Virus record (IMG/VR): IMGVR_UViG_3300021963_000021
Location: 124,001-188,000 of that record
Length of the DNA stretch: 64,000 bases
Direction: 5' to 3' (one strand)
The notes under the pieces are model-generated. The model saw only the letters and a program-made list of their open reading frames with translations. It searched no databases and was not told the origin of the DNA. Shown here in pieces: positions 22,278 to 32,168 of this stretch (the first letter of the stretch is position 1; each line of letters begins with the position of its first letter). A program made the position numbers and the translations under genes.

Positions 22278-23495
22278 ATGGCATTACCAGCAACCCCAGC
22301 GGCACAGTACGATCCAGTTAGATATAGCGATTATAACAATCTCTATAATTATGTTGCGGATACGTTAGGCCCAATACCAGTAGACGGCGGCAATGTCTTT
22401 GGGTACAGACTTGGTCGCGGTTATGGCCAATTGACATCGACTTTTAATTCTTTATTGTATCCTTTTACTAGAACTATTACAAATATCAGTAATGCTAATC
22501 CTGCGGTAGTTACGACATCATTAGCACACAACCTTGTTGCTGACGAAGTGGTGTTTTTAGGAAACTTTACACAGAGCGGATGGAATACTTCTCCTCTAGA
22601 AGGAAACTATCAGATAGTTGACCAGGTGTTGACATCTAACACCTTTACACTTAGAAACATAGATACACGATTAACTAATGGTTATGTTGCTTGGGGGTCT
22701 GGACAAACAGGCCAATGCAGCCAGCCTATTATTAGTGCCAACCAATTCAACAATCTAAAAACAGATGTAAACAAAATCGTTAAACATACTACAGGAGTTA
22801 ACGCAACAGTAGCGCAGTTACCTATAGTTGCTCGAGGAACTGCTATTAACCATAGCGTGTATCTTCCATATTACAATACAGTAGACAGTGTTTATAACGC
22901 TAACTTAAAATTAGGTGAAAGTATTGAGTATCTAACACCAACTAGACCTACAAGGACTGCTAGTTGGAACTCTAGTATCACTACAGAACTTACAGTACAG
23001 TGGCCAACTGAATATGATTTTGTACAATATTTTAACACCGGCGGCCTTTTAAAATTTAACATTTTAGTTACATCTATTTCAAGTGGCTCGAGCACAGCAA
23101 AAAACCAATCATACTTCGATTTGGCTAACAATAATTTTCCATTATATTATGGTGCTTATACCAAAGCAGTAATGGGATACGTTGACACCACCAAGTGGGC
23201 CAACGCAGGTGCGTATGGAGCATCGCTAGCTGGCTATACTGAAATCTATAGAGTGGCGCCATCGGGCACCTATGCTGCTAACTATTATAGACTCCAGCAT
23301 CGTTTGATCAATGCTCGAACATTGTCATTTATTCTAACTGCTCAAGACGATGTTGCCAACGCATTTGCTCAAGATGTCACTGCTGACTTTGAATTTAATA
23401 TATCACTGATATATTCCACAGGATCAGTTGTACTGAATTCCAATCCGTTGACTCAGGTTTCTATCGTTTATCAGCAGACCTGGAACGGTTCATAA
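22278..23495 (+). CDS. Putative virion structural protein
   Basis: T/N/Y-rich; ITNISNANPAVVTTSLAHNL beta-module typical of phage structural proteins. Confidence 0.55.
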   Translation: MALPATPAAQYDPVRYSDYNNLYNYVADTLGPIPVDGGNVFGYRLGRGYGQLTSTFNSLLYPFTRTITNISNANPAVVTTSLAHNLVADEVVFLGNFTQSGWNTSPLEGNYQIVDQVLTSNTFTLRNIDTRLTNGYVAWGSGQTGQCSQPIISANQFNNLKTDVNKIVKHTTGVNATVAQLPIVARGTAINHSVYLPYYNTVDSVYNANLKLGESIEYLTPTRPTRTASWNSSITTELTVQWPTEYDFVQYFNTGGLLKFNILVTSISSGSSTAKNQSYFDLANNNFPLYYGAYTKAVMGYVDTTKWANAGAYGASLAGYTEIYRVAPSGTYAANYYRLQHRLINARTLSFILTAQDDVANAFAQDVTADFEFNISLIYSTGSVVLNSNPLTQVSIVYQQTWNGS

Positions 23496-23510
23496 TTAAG
23501 TATATCCTAC

Positions 23511-23546
23511 AATATCCTAGCATAAGTATCATGCTAGGATATTTTT
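23511..23546 (+). promoter_or_regulatory. 13-bp perfect hairpin covering the RBS of 23547, with late-promoter-like TAAGTA at its loop; may also act as a terminator
   Basis: AATATCCTAGCAT (23511-23523) / ATGCTAGGATATT (23531-23543); TAAGTA at 23523-23528; T run then ATG. Confidence 0.75.
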
Positions 23547-23903
23547 ATGGATAAAAATCTGGAAAACATAATAGAGTTGTCGGATAAGATGTTGTCTTTT
23601 AGGACACAGCAGCTCTACGTCAAAGAAAAATTTGAAGCAGAAACTGTAGTAGGGTATTCCGGCGGAATCTTTAAAATTGATCAATCTTTGATATCCTATA
23701 TCAAAACTATAATTGATCTAGGAAAAAAAGACAATGTTGTAGTATTGGACATGAATCAACAGCCGATTCTAATACAAGATCTAACAGTGTTTCTAAGTGA
23801 TATAGTTGATAAACATCTTTCTGCCCTAGGAAGATACTATTTCCAAATACAAGAACTTAAAAAATCAAAACCGGGTTCTTGGAGAATAACACGCAAGGCA
23901 TGA
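23547..23903 (+). CDS. Hypothetical protein
   Basis: 118-aa ORF, first gene of the glycosyltransferase block. Confidence 0.6.
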   Translation: MDKNLENIIELSDKMLSFRTQQLYVKEKFEAETVVGYSGGIFKIDQSLISYIKTIIDLGKKDNVVVLDMNQQPILIQDLTVFLSDIVDKHLSALGRYYFQIQELKKSKPGSWRITRKA

Positions 23904-24730
23904 AACAAGGTGCCCTAATATTTGCCCATAATTCAGAGACTCTTAATTACTTAAAGATGTCTTTAGTGTCGGCAAGGCTAGTTAAAAAAAATCTTAATGT
24001 TCCTGTTTGTATAGTCACTGATCAATACAGTCTTGATCAAACACAAATAGACCTTTCTCAGCATGTTGATCATGTAGTATTAATTCCCAAACCCGCAGTA
24101 GATAATTATCGTAACTTAAACAACACAAGACATGCTTTTATAAATGGCAGTAGACACTCTGCTTGGAGTCTTACACCGTTTGATCGAACGCTGCTGATAG
24201 ATTCAGATCTGTTGATTATGTCTGATGCTTATTCTCAGTACTGGGACTCAGAAGATTTTTTAATGTGCGGCAGTATGACAGATTTAATTGGCAATAAATT
24301 AAGCCAAGAAGAGATGCGAGTATCGGATCATACAATTAGACTTCGATGGGCTACTGCTGTAATGTTTACAAAGAATGAATATACTAAGAAGATTTTTGAT
24401 ACAGTTGAATTTGTAAAAAGAGAATACAGGTATTTTTCGGATCTTTACGAATTTGATTCTAGAAATTTTAGAAATGACATTGCTTTTTCGATAGCAGCAC
24501 ACATAACAAACGGCTTTAAAGAAGCAGACATATTTTTACCATCACCGTTGTTTTTTACAGACGTTGATAACATCATTGATGTAGTTGACGACCAACTTTT
24601 GATATTAGCTACTAACGGATCAAAAAATATAATACTTCCGTTAAATGGAATCGACATACATTTCCTTAATAAGAAAAATATTTTAGAAAATTATGATAAG
24701 TTAATGGAGTTAGTATGTTTGGATACTTGA
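23879..24730 (+). CDS. GT-A (GT8-like) glycosyltransferase
   Basis: LTPFDRTLLIDSDL (DxD), RNDIAFSIA, IHFLNK. Start may be ATG 23900. Confidence 0.65.
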   Translation: MENNTQGMKQGALIFAHNSETLNYLKMSLVSARLVKKNLNVPVCIVTDQYSLDQTQIDLSQHVDHVVLIPKPAVDNYRNLNNTRHAFINGSRHSAWSLTPFDRTLLIDSDLLIMSDAYSQYWDSEDFLMCGSMTDLIGNKLSQEEMRVSDHTIRLRWATAVMFTKNEYTKKIFDTVEFVKREYRYFSDLYEFDSRNFRNDIAFSIAAHITNGFKEADIFLPSPLFFTDVDNIIDVVDDQLLILATNGSKNIILPLNGIDIHFLNKKNILENYDKLMELVCLDT

Positions 24731-25572
24731 TCATAATATCTAATGACAGTAAAAGAAACTATGCTGCTATGGCCACGCTGTTGGCGTTGTCTATCAAACA
24801 TACACAGCCTAGTGGCTACGACAATGTAGCAATAGTTACAGATGATCAAGAACAGGTAAAACTTTTTAAAGCATTGCCATACTTTGATAGAGTAATATTT
24901 TGGAACGAAAAAACACATTGGGATGGTAGAAGTTTCATGGATAAATTGACTCCGTGGGAACAGACTATTTGTCTCGATGCTGATATGATTTTTACTAGAG
25001 ATTACAGTCATTGGGTAGATCACTTCTTAAAAAATTGTGAGTTGTATATTCCTTCTACGGCCTATACATTTAGAGGTGACATAGTTACTTCTAATTATTA
25101 TAGAGAAACTTTTGTAAAAAATTCTCTGCCTAATCTTTATTCTGCTTATACCTACTTTACAAAAACCAGCGAGCTGGCTAGAGACTTTTTCAATTTACAA
25201 AGAGCTATAATAGAAAATCCGATTGAGTTTAAAAATCTCTATCTAGAAAAATTAATTCCTGAAGTGGTAGGAACAGATGAAGCTTTTGCTCTTGCTGCTA
25301 AAATTTTAGGAATAGAATCTCAAATATCTTACAAGATGAATTTTCCTAGATTTGTCCACATGAAGCCAATGGTCCAAGATTTTAAAAATCCTATTACAAC
25401 AACAGGCGTTGATCTTGGGTATTATTTTAATAATGATAATAAAATAAAGATAGGACAATACTATCAGACTGATATATTACACTACGCAGATAAAGATCTT
25501 GATATTGAAAGCATGATTAAGAATTATGAAAAGATGATGTTTAAAGGATTAAAAAACTATGAACATCTATAA
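24715..25572 (+). CDS. GT-A (GT8-like) glycosyltransferase
   Basis: LTPWEQTICLDADM (DxD), GTDEAFALA, FVHMK; paralogous to the previous gene. Confidence 0.65.
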   Translation: MFGYLIIISNDSKRNYAAMATLLALSIKHTQPSGYDNVAIVTDDQEQVKLFKALPYFDRVIFWNEKTHWDGRSFMDKLTPWEQTICLDADMIFTRDYSHWVDHFLKNCELYIPSTAYTFRGDIVTSNYYRETFVKNSLPNLYSAYTYFTKTSELARDFFNLQRAIIENPIEFKNLYLEKLIPEVVGTDEAFALAAKILGIESQISYKMNFPRFVHMKPMVQDFKNPITTTGVDLGYYFNNDNKIKIGQYYQTDILHYADKDLDIESMIKNYEKMMFKGLKNYEHL

Positions 25573-26143
25573 GATCTATGTTGATAAAAATTTGGGGACA
25601 GTTATAATGTTCTCAAACAGCGATCTGCCAGAAATGGATCATCCTGATTTTTTACCATTTACTGTTCCTGAGCAATATAGTGAACTATTTGATAGAATAA
25701 AAGAGGGTAAAGATTCTTTGAGCAGAATACGTGTAAACGTAAGCAGTAAAGAATTTAAAATTTATTCTTTAAATGATTTTAAAGACACTGACTATGAGTA
25801 TGGTAAATGGTTTAAATTACCTTGTTATAGAAGGAATCCTCCCGTCGAGGCAGATTTGATATTAACGATTATCAGTAAAAATTTTAAACCTTATCTATCT
25901 TTAAAGTTTGTCGGGGACCCTAAGATTTTAAAAGATCCCAAACGTCATTCTTTAAATTTCTATTTCACTAAACAAAATGATTTAAATTGTTTGTATGAAT
26001 CTTTCCATACAGACTTCGACAAACTAGACAAGAACAACGAAATCGTTTTTCCTATAGAGCGTATAGATCCTGATAAATTATTTCAAAATAATTTCAGTGT
26101 TTATTATAGAAAAATTTTTAAAACGGTATATTACGTATTATGA
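25559..26143 (+). CDS. Hypothetical protein
   Basis: 194-aa ORF overlapping both neighbours. Confidence 0.6.
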   Translation: MNIYKIYVDKNLGTVIMFSNSDLPEMDHPDFLPFTVPEQYSELFDRIKEGKDSLSRIRVNVSSKEFKIYSLNDFKDTDYEYGKWFKLPCYRRNPPVEADLILTIISKNFKPYLSLKFVGDPKILKDPKRHSLNFYFTKQNDLNCLYESFHTDFDKLDKNNEIVFPIERIDPDKLFQNNFSVYYRKIFKTVYYVL

Positions 26144-27042
26144 AACCATCAGATTTAGAAGTGATTTTTATCAGTTATGACGAGCCTAACGCAGATTTAA
26201 ATTATTCAGACTTATTAACTAAAGCACCATGGGCTAAAAGAATACACGGTGTTAAAGGCAGCGACAATGCGCATAAAGCTGCCGCAGCTGAATCATCTAC
26301 TGATTGGTTTGTTACAGTAGATGGTGACAACAAAGTAGATCCGAAGTTTTTTAACATTGAAATAGAAGAATTGCCAAATGTTAATGTATACGGATGGTGT
26401 GGTAAAAACAACATAAATGGTCTACGCTATGGCAATGGTGGTTTGAAAATCTGGAACAAACAATTTGTATTAGATATGAAGACACACGAGTCTGCTGAAG
26501 ATCCAAGAGCACAGGTTGATTTTTGCTGGGAAGCCGGATACATGAACTTTCCTACAGTGTTCAGTGAAACAATCATTAACTCAACTCCCTTCCAAGCATG
26601 GCGAGCAGGATTCCGTGAAGGTGTTAAGATGCTGTTGAAAGACGGACTTAAGATTGATAAAGCACGTCTTAAACAAGAAGTATATTGGCATAACATACAT
26701 AGACTTCGTATGTGGAGTTGCGTCGGGTCACATGTACCTAATGGAAATTATGCCATACTCGGTGCTAGGATGGGCAGCTGGATGGCATATTGTACTGATT
26801 GGGATCACATAAATGTTAGAGATTTTGATGTGTTAAAAGATCTCTATGAAAAGAATGTCACGCACGATGATATTGAGAATGACATAAAAGATCTAGGAAA
26901 AGAGTTACGAATTAACCTGGGGTTGAATTGGTCTTATTTTATACCCGAACAAAGTGAGTATGTTGTAGAGATGTATGAAGAATCTATAGCATTGGGACAG
27001 ACATATTTTAACAAGGCTCCGATATGGAAAAGTTCTTCTTAG
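26140..27042 (+). CDS. GT-A-fold glycosyltransferase-like protein
   Basis: IFISYDEPNA..VKGSDNAHKAAA..FVTVDGDN (DxD)..YGNGGLK..AWRAGFREGVK. Confidence 0.65.
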   Translation: MKPSDLEVIFISYDEPNADLNYSDLLTKAPWAKRIHGVKGSDNAHKAAAAESSTDWFVTVDGDNKVDPKFFNIEIEELPNVNVYGWCGKNNINGLRYGNGGLKIWNKQFVLDMKTHESAEDPRAQVDFCWEAGYMNFPTVFSETIINSTPFQAWRAGFREGVKMLLKDGLKIDKARLKQEVYWHNIHRLRMWSCVGSHVPNGNYAILGARMGSWMAYCTDWDHINVRDFDVLKDLYEKNVTHDDIENDIKDLGKELRINLGLNWSYFIPEQSEYVVEMYEESIALGQTYFNKAPIWKSSS

Positions 27043-27704
27043 CATTTGACGATCCAAATTCAAAAGAAAACTTTGATCGTGCTAGATCGATGATCCCTGA
27101 TCTACAGGAAGTTAACACAAAAATGTCTATAGTTGAATCACATAAACTGTGCGGGTCAATGTCGTTGACTAATCAATTTATGGTATTAGATGCTGATTCG
27201 TACTTGTTAGATGAATTCAATATGGCAGAACTTTATAACATCTGTAAAGACTCAGATTGGATTTACATATTTTCTGCTAGAAATCCCGTAAACGATTTAG
27301 AGTATGGTCACGGTGGTGTAAAGATATTTCAAAAAAAATATTTTAATAACAATGAAGTTATAGATTTTTCTACTAGCTTTTTAGGAAAGATCCGCACTGT
27401 TAAAAAAACACTAAACATACATAGATTTAATTCTAGCGCATTTCACGCATGGCGTACAGCATTTAGAGAATGTGTTAAGCTAAGTTCTTCCACTATTGTT
27501 AACAGAAATAAAATAGACGACGAATATAGATTGACAGTGTGGTGTGAAAAATTCAACGATGTTGAATACGCAGAATTTGTCAAACTAGGAGCGATACAGG
27601 GCAGAGACTTTGGTAATTCAAATAAAAATAATCCTGCTGAGCTTAAAAAGATAAATGATTTTATATGGTTAAACAGATCCTATGAACAAGTGGTACAACG
27701 ATAG
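27024..27704 (+). CDS. GT-A-fold glycosyltransferase-like protein (paralogue of 26140)
   Basis: FMVLDADS (DxD)..YGHGGVK..AWRTAFRECVK. Confidence 0.6.
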   Translation: MEKFFLAFDDPNSKENFDRARSMIPDLQEVNTKMSIVESHKLCGSMSLTNQFMVLDADSYLLDEFNMAELYNICKDSDWIYIFSARNPVNDLEYGHGGVKIFQKKYFNNNEVIDFSTSFLGKIRTVKKTLNIHRFNSSAFHAWRTAFRECVKLSSSTIVNRNKIDDEYRLTVWCEKFNDVEYAEFVKLGAIQGRDFGNSNKNNPAELKKINDFIWLNRSYEQVVQR

Positions 27705-29085
27705 ACTTGAATACAAAAAAGAATTAGACACCATTGGTCACGGATTTTGTTCGGCTAAATGGAGTCAAGTTACCATACACTTAGGTACGGGGCATAATCA
27801 CAGTTGTCATCATCCTAGGACACATTTTATTCCTATTGAAGAAATAGTCGAAGATCCAACAGCATTACACAATACAAAATTTAAAAAAGAAATACGTAGG
27901 CAGATGCTCAACGGTGAACGTCCAACGGAATGCGATTACTGTTGGAAAGTCGAAGATGCTGGCGAGCCTCTTAGCGACAGAGTATTAAAAAGTTATGAAC
28001 CGTGGAGCAGAGATTATTTTGACAAAATAATAAAAGCAGGATCGGAAGGTAATGTAGATCCTAGCTACTTAGAAGTTAGTTTTTCAAATGTTTGTAATTT
28101 TAAATGTTCTTATTGCTCTCCTGATGTTAGCAGTCAGTGGATGGAAGAAATTAAACAGCACGGACCTTACCCTACGTCTATACGATACAATAATATTGAT
28201 TGGATACAGAAGCAGGATAAGATGCCAATTCCTGAGCGTGAATACAATCCATATGTAGAAGCATTTTGGAAGTGGTGGCCGGACCTTTATAAAAATTTAC
28301 ATACATTCCGCATTACAGGCGGTGAACCATTATTAACTAAACACACATTTCGTGTATTAGATTATATAATTGAAAATCCTAACAAGAATCTAGAACTTAG
28401 CATTAACAGTAATTTCTGTGTACCTGATGATGTATTTGAAAAGTTTCTTTCGAAATTAGAAATAATACAATCAAAAAAATCAGTGAAGCATTTAGTTGTG
28501 TTTACTAGCTGTGAAGCAGCAGGGCCAAAAGCTGAATATATTAGACACGGATTGAATTATGCCAAATGGTATTCTAATTGTAATTTGTTTTTACAAAGAA
28601 TACCAAATGCTAAACTAGGTATTATGAGCACCTATAATGCGCTGTCAGTTACTAGCTATACTGATTTCTTAAAAGACATGTGGTTGTTAAATTATACGCA
28701 CAGCAAAAAGAAATGGTATCAATCAATCGCTAGCTTAGTGTCGACTGGTGATTTAGGTAAGCATCCATTGATATTAGATATTCCGTATCTTAATAACCCA
28801 CCGCATCAGACTGTGGGAATACTTACGCCCGACTACATACCTCGTATACAAGAATCTATTGATTACATGAACTCTAATAAAGAGTTCTATAAATCAGAAA
28901 CTCAAAAATTAGAAAGACTATTAAAAGTTTTTGAACCAAAAATTCTTGATGACAATCCTGGTAAAGCGCAGCACAGAAAAGATTTTGTTTCTTTTGTTGA
29001 CGAGCACGATAAGAGACGAGGAACGAACTTTTTAAGTACGTTCCCCGAAATGACAGAGTTTTATAACTTTTGTAAAACTTACTGA
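27682..29085 (+). CDS. Radical SAM protein with N-terminal Cys-rich (SPASM/twitch-like) segment
   Basis: CNFKCSYC (CxxxCxxC), ITGGEPLL; N-terminal CSAKW..SCHH..CDYCW. Confidence 0.85.
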   Translation: MNKWYNDRLEYKKELDTIGHGFCSAKWSQVTIHLGTGHNHSCHHPRTHFIPIEEIVEDPTALHNTKFKKEIRRQMLNGERPTECDYCWKVEDAGEPLSDRVLKSYEPWSRDYFDKIIKAGSEGNVDPSYLEVSFSNVCNFKCSYCSPDVSSQWMEEIKQHGPYPTSIRYNNIDWIQKQDKMPIPEREYNPYVEAFWKWWPDLYKNLHTFRITGGEPLLTKHTFRVLDYIIENPNKNLELSINSNFCVPDDVFEKFLSKLEIIQSKKSVKHLVVFTSCEAAGPKAEYIRHGLNYAKWYSNCNLFLQRIPNAKLGIMSTYNALSVTSYTDFLKDMWLLNYTHSKKKWYQSIASLVSTGDLGKHPLILDIPYLNNPPHQTVGILTPDYIPRIQESIDYMNSNKEFYKSETQKLERLLKVFEPKILDDNPGKAQHRKDFVSFVDEHDKRRGTNFLSTFPEMTEFYNFCKTY

Positions 29086-29747
29086 CTTACAAAATCGCCG
29101 GTCATTGGAAATACTGCGGCGATGACACAGGCACATTCTTTTGCTATTTGTTGATGTTCTAACTGTGTACCATTAGCTGAACGCAATTCGATAAAGTGAA
29201 TCCAACTACGCAATGTGCCATTCATGTATAACCGGCTTTCTGTTAGACCTTCTGGTAACACAGCACGAGCTTGTTCTTTAGCAATGCCACGCTCTATTGC
29301 TTCGGAGTAAGCTACGCTAGCCTGTTCAATGATCCATTTTTGCTTGGCATCCCACCATGCTTGTAACTCTGTATCATTTGTGATGATGCTGTTCTGACGA
29401 TTCTTGTTGTCTTGAAGTCTGGCTTCTCTTGTAACGAACGCCAAATCTTTAGTTGGGTCAGCATAGCGTTGACTGAACTCTTGGAAACTAAAACTTCTGT
29501 GTCGCAAGATTTGTCTAGCGATATCTCTTGTGGTTGTAATTTCACAACAGGCTGAGACCATTTCGAGTGGGCTCCAGTGTTTGTGTTTGACCAAGTATCG
29601 GATGAGTTTTTCTGATGTTTCGGTGTTAAGTTGGTTGGCTGGATTGCTGACACGGGCGCAATACGCAATGAGTTCTTGCGCATCTGAGATGCCCATATCT
29701 GCAAATTCCTGTGTTGGCTGTGAATAGGAAATAAGTCGTACATTCAT
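29079..29747 (-). CDS. thyX: FAD-dependent thymidylate synthase
   Basis: RHRSFSFQEFSQRY signature; HWSPLE; EQARAVLP. Confidence 0.95.
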   Translation of the reverse strand: MNVRLISYSQPTQEFADMGISDAQELIAYCARVSNPANQLNTETSEKLIRYLVKHKHWSPLEMVSACCEITTTRDIARQILRHRSFSFQEFSQRYADPTKDLAFVTREARLQDNKNRQNSIITNDTELQAWWDAKQKWIIEQASVAYSEAIERGIAKEQARAVLPEGLTESRLYMNGTLRSWIHFIELRSANGTQLEHQQIAKECACVIAAVFPMTGDFVSQ

Positions 29748-30058
29748 GAATCGCCTAGTAAACCTTTCGTTGAGTTAATAACGTCTTCTTTGAGTCTTGC
29801 TACATCCACTTGGAAATTTATAGTTTGAATTTCTTCGTGGTAGTCTTTTAGCGCACCCATAAGTTTTTCTATAATTTCATCTTCGCTGTCGAATTCCAAA
29901 CGTTCGTTAAGATCGATACCCCACACTCTTCCGTTGTCGAAAAGAATTTCTACGCCATGGATGTATTTTATTGGCATAGAACTCATGTAGATGTCCTCAA
30001 AAATTTCTGGCCATTCCCTAATTACATCCTTAGGTGGCTTTACGTATTTTTTAGGCAC
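29744..30058 (-). CDS. Hypothetical protein
   Basis: 104-aa ORF coupled to its neighbours. Confidence 0.6.
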   Translation of the reverse strand: MPKKYVKPPKDVIREWPEIFEDIYMSSMPIKYIHGVEILFDNGRVWGIDLNERLEFDSEDEIIEKLMGALKDYHEEIQTINFQVDVARLKEDVINSTKGLLGDS

Positions 30059-30668
30059 CTACTTCTTCTTCTTTATTCTTAGTTGCTTTCTTCTGAGGAG
30101 GATCTAGTTCGTCTGCTTGTTTACGCAACTTTGCTGCTTCTTTATACATAGCGTCAGCTTGGCTACGATAAGACTTAGCTATGTCTTTATCAGATAAAGG
30201 GTCATTGCTTGCTTTAGGAGGAGTTGCTGGAGTTTCTTTTACTTCCTTCGCAGCTTCCTTGGCCTTTTCTTCTTCACCTGGCGCTTTAAGCGATAAATCA
30301 TCAACAGCTAAACCACGTTGTTCTGCGATTAGAGCATTAAGTTCATCGAGCGGAATAGAAGTATTCGGGCTCGGAGTCATTTCTACATCGTTGGTAGGAA
30401 CCTTTACTAATTTTCCATCTTGATGTAATGCTGATAGCATCGGACGTCCATCTGGAAAAAATCTTGATGAAAGAATCTCACCAAATTCGTATACATCCTG
30501 CGCCTGTGGGCTTTCTACTAGATTAATGATAGCGTTATGCTGATCATCTGATAGATTTGCTGTTCCTATGACTAACGCATTGAAAGCATCTCCGGGTAGC
30601 GTACGAAATGCTACTAGAACCTTAGCTCTGTTTGCTTTCATACGTCCTATGTGTTTTAAGTTTGCCAT
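30051..30668 (-). CDS. Hypothetical protein (likely start MANLKH at 30668)
   Basis: SD AAGGA precedes ATG 30668. Confidence 0.6.
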   Translation of the reverse strand: MANLKHIGRMKANRAKVLVAFRTLPGDAFNALVIGTANLSDDQHNAIINLVESPQAQDVYEFGEILSSRFFPDGRPMLSALHQDGKLVKVPTNDVEMTPSPNTSIPLDELNALIAEQRGLAVDDLSLKAPGEEEKAKEAAKEVKETPATPPKASNDPLSDKDIAKSYRSQADAMYKEAAKLRKQADELDPPQKKATKNKEEEVGA

Positions 30669-30672
30669 GATA

Positions 30673-30909
30673 TTATCCTTGTTTAGGTGGCTGAGCAGGC
30701 TGCTGTGGAGGAGCAACTCCATCCAAGAATGTGTTCAACCGATTGTAAACCTTACCAATGGATTCCATTTCGCTCGCCTTGAAAGCACCTCTTGTGGTAG
30801 CTACATCAATAATGGTTCTCAATGCGTTGAGATCATTGATAGTTAATTCTGGTGCTGCGGTGCCTTGTTCAGTTGCTGGCGCCTCAGGCTTTTTTGCTTC
30901 TTCTGTCAT
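30673..30909 (-). CDS. Hypothetical protein (likely start MTEEAK at 30909)
   Basis: SD AGGAG precedes ATG 30909. Confidence 0.6.
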   Translation of the reverse strand: MTEEAKKPEAPATEQGTAAPELTINDLNALRTIIDVATTRGAFKASEMESIGKVYNRLNTFLDGVAPPQQPAQPPKQG

Positions 30910-31166
30910 TTTTGACTCCTTAAGTGTGTACAAGCTAGCATAAAGTATGTAAGTTCTTTTTCTTCTTCAAAACCTACATAGGTAAACACTCCTGTATCTT
31001 CGGCAGTGTTTACTAAACAATATCTGCCCTTCAATTTATATTTTATCCAGTCTTCAATCTCGGGACTTAAGAATTGGTCCTTAGTTCCGATTCTAGCCTT
31101 AGAAAAATGCGGAGGCATCCATTTTAATGCCCGCTTGTTTAAAATATCTAAAGGGTTGATATCCAT
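30906..31166 (-). CDS. Hypothetical protein
   Basis: 86 aa; preceded by TAAATA at 31179-31174. Confidence 0.6.
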   Translation of the reverse strand: MDINPLDILNKRALKWMPPHFSKARIGTKDQFLSPEIEDWIKYKLKGRYCLVNTAEDTGVFTYVGFEEEKELTYFMLACTHLRSQK

Positions 31167-31187
31167 TGCGATGTATTTACTACGTAG

Positions 31188-31592
31188 TTAATCTTGATCA
31201 GAGGATTCTTGGCTTAAACGTTTTGAAAGAGCTTTGTTGTATCCCATTTTTTGAACATCGCCTGAAAATAGGTATAGTTCAAAGGCTGTTCTTTCGGAAG
31301 TGACTGTTATGTCTTTCTTAGTAATATAATAAGGGGAATCAATGAATTTGTCAAGCCACACTAAAATTTGTGGTGTTATTGTAAACTGGCCTGGGAATTT
31401 AATATTGTAAGTTTTGAGCTTTGCTTCGTTTTGTACAAATTCAAAACCTTGTTCTGTAAGACGTAGCCCGCCGTTGTCTTTTCTTCTAACATTATACCAC
31501 CATTCGCTGCGTTTGGCATCTATAATTTGGTCGGTTGTTTCAAGACCTGCGGCGTTTAAAAATTTCTTTGTGTACTCGTTTTTGCTATCCAT
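31188..31592 (-). CDS. Hypothetical protein
   Basis: 134-aa ORF, TAATG-coupled. Confidence 0.6.
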   Translation of the reverse strand: MDSKNEYTKKFLNAAGLETTDQIIDAKRSEWWYNVRRKDNGGLRLTEQGFEFVQNEAKLKTYNIKFPGQFTITPQILVWLDKFIDSPYYITKKDITVTSERTAFELYLFSGDVQKMGYNKALSKRLSQESSDQD

Positions 31593-31879
31593 TACTTACC
31601 AATTACTTCACCTTGTGTCAATTTGACAACTTGGAAGTCTGAAGTCTTAAACATCCTGTTTAGTTTCTTCGAAAGGTTATGAGCATGTCCTGGGTTAGAA
31701 AAACTTACCTTCTTATATTTTGGTCCCGGGTAACTTAAAATCATACTACCGCTTTTAAGATTAAATGGAGCGCCTTTATAAAAAACAGCCCAAATGGCAT
31801 CGCTCTCTAACACCTGCTCAACCTTATGGTTTTCTTTGTTAGCGTATTCAAGTAATACTTTAGGTTTTGGTCTACTCAT
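31592..31879 (-). CDS. Hypothetical basic protein
   Basis: 95 aa; TAAATA at 31914-31909 upstream. Confidence 0.6.
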   Translation of the reverse strand: MSRPKPKVLLEYANKENHKVEQVLESDAIWAVFYKGAPFNLKSGSMILSYPGPKYKKVSFSNPGHAHNLSKKLNRMFKTSDFQVVKLTQGEVIGK

Positions 31880-31919
31880 TAAAAAATCTCAATAATAATA
31901 CACGCATATATTTATCTTC

Positions 31920-32168
31920 TTAAAATGTACCACCATCCATTTGTACGCTTATTTCCTGCGTGGTAGTATTCAATTTGTCCAATTTAGCATGTATTTCATC
32001 AATGGTTTTACCCAAGCGGCCAGTTATTAAAGCCAAATCGGCAATAAGATCTTTTCCTTCTTGTAGTGTAAGCCTTATTTCTCTTTGATTGCTTTTTTCA
32101 GCAGTAGCTACTCGTTGTATAATACGCTCAACACTACCTAGACGTTCTGGTAAATTATTTTGAGACAT
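31920..32168 (-). CDS. Hypothetical protein
   Basis: 82-aa helical ORF. Confidence 0.55.
   Translation of the reverse strand: MSQNNLPERLGSVERIIQRVATAEKSNQREIRLTLQEGKDLIADLALITGRLGKTIDEIHAKLDKLNTTTQEISVQMDGGTF

Noticed and set aside
29079-29085. Terminator at the convergent strand switch
   Set aside because: The two genes overlap by 7 nt and no hairpin/U-tract is evident
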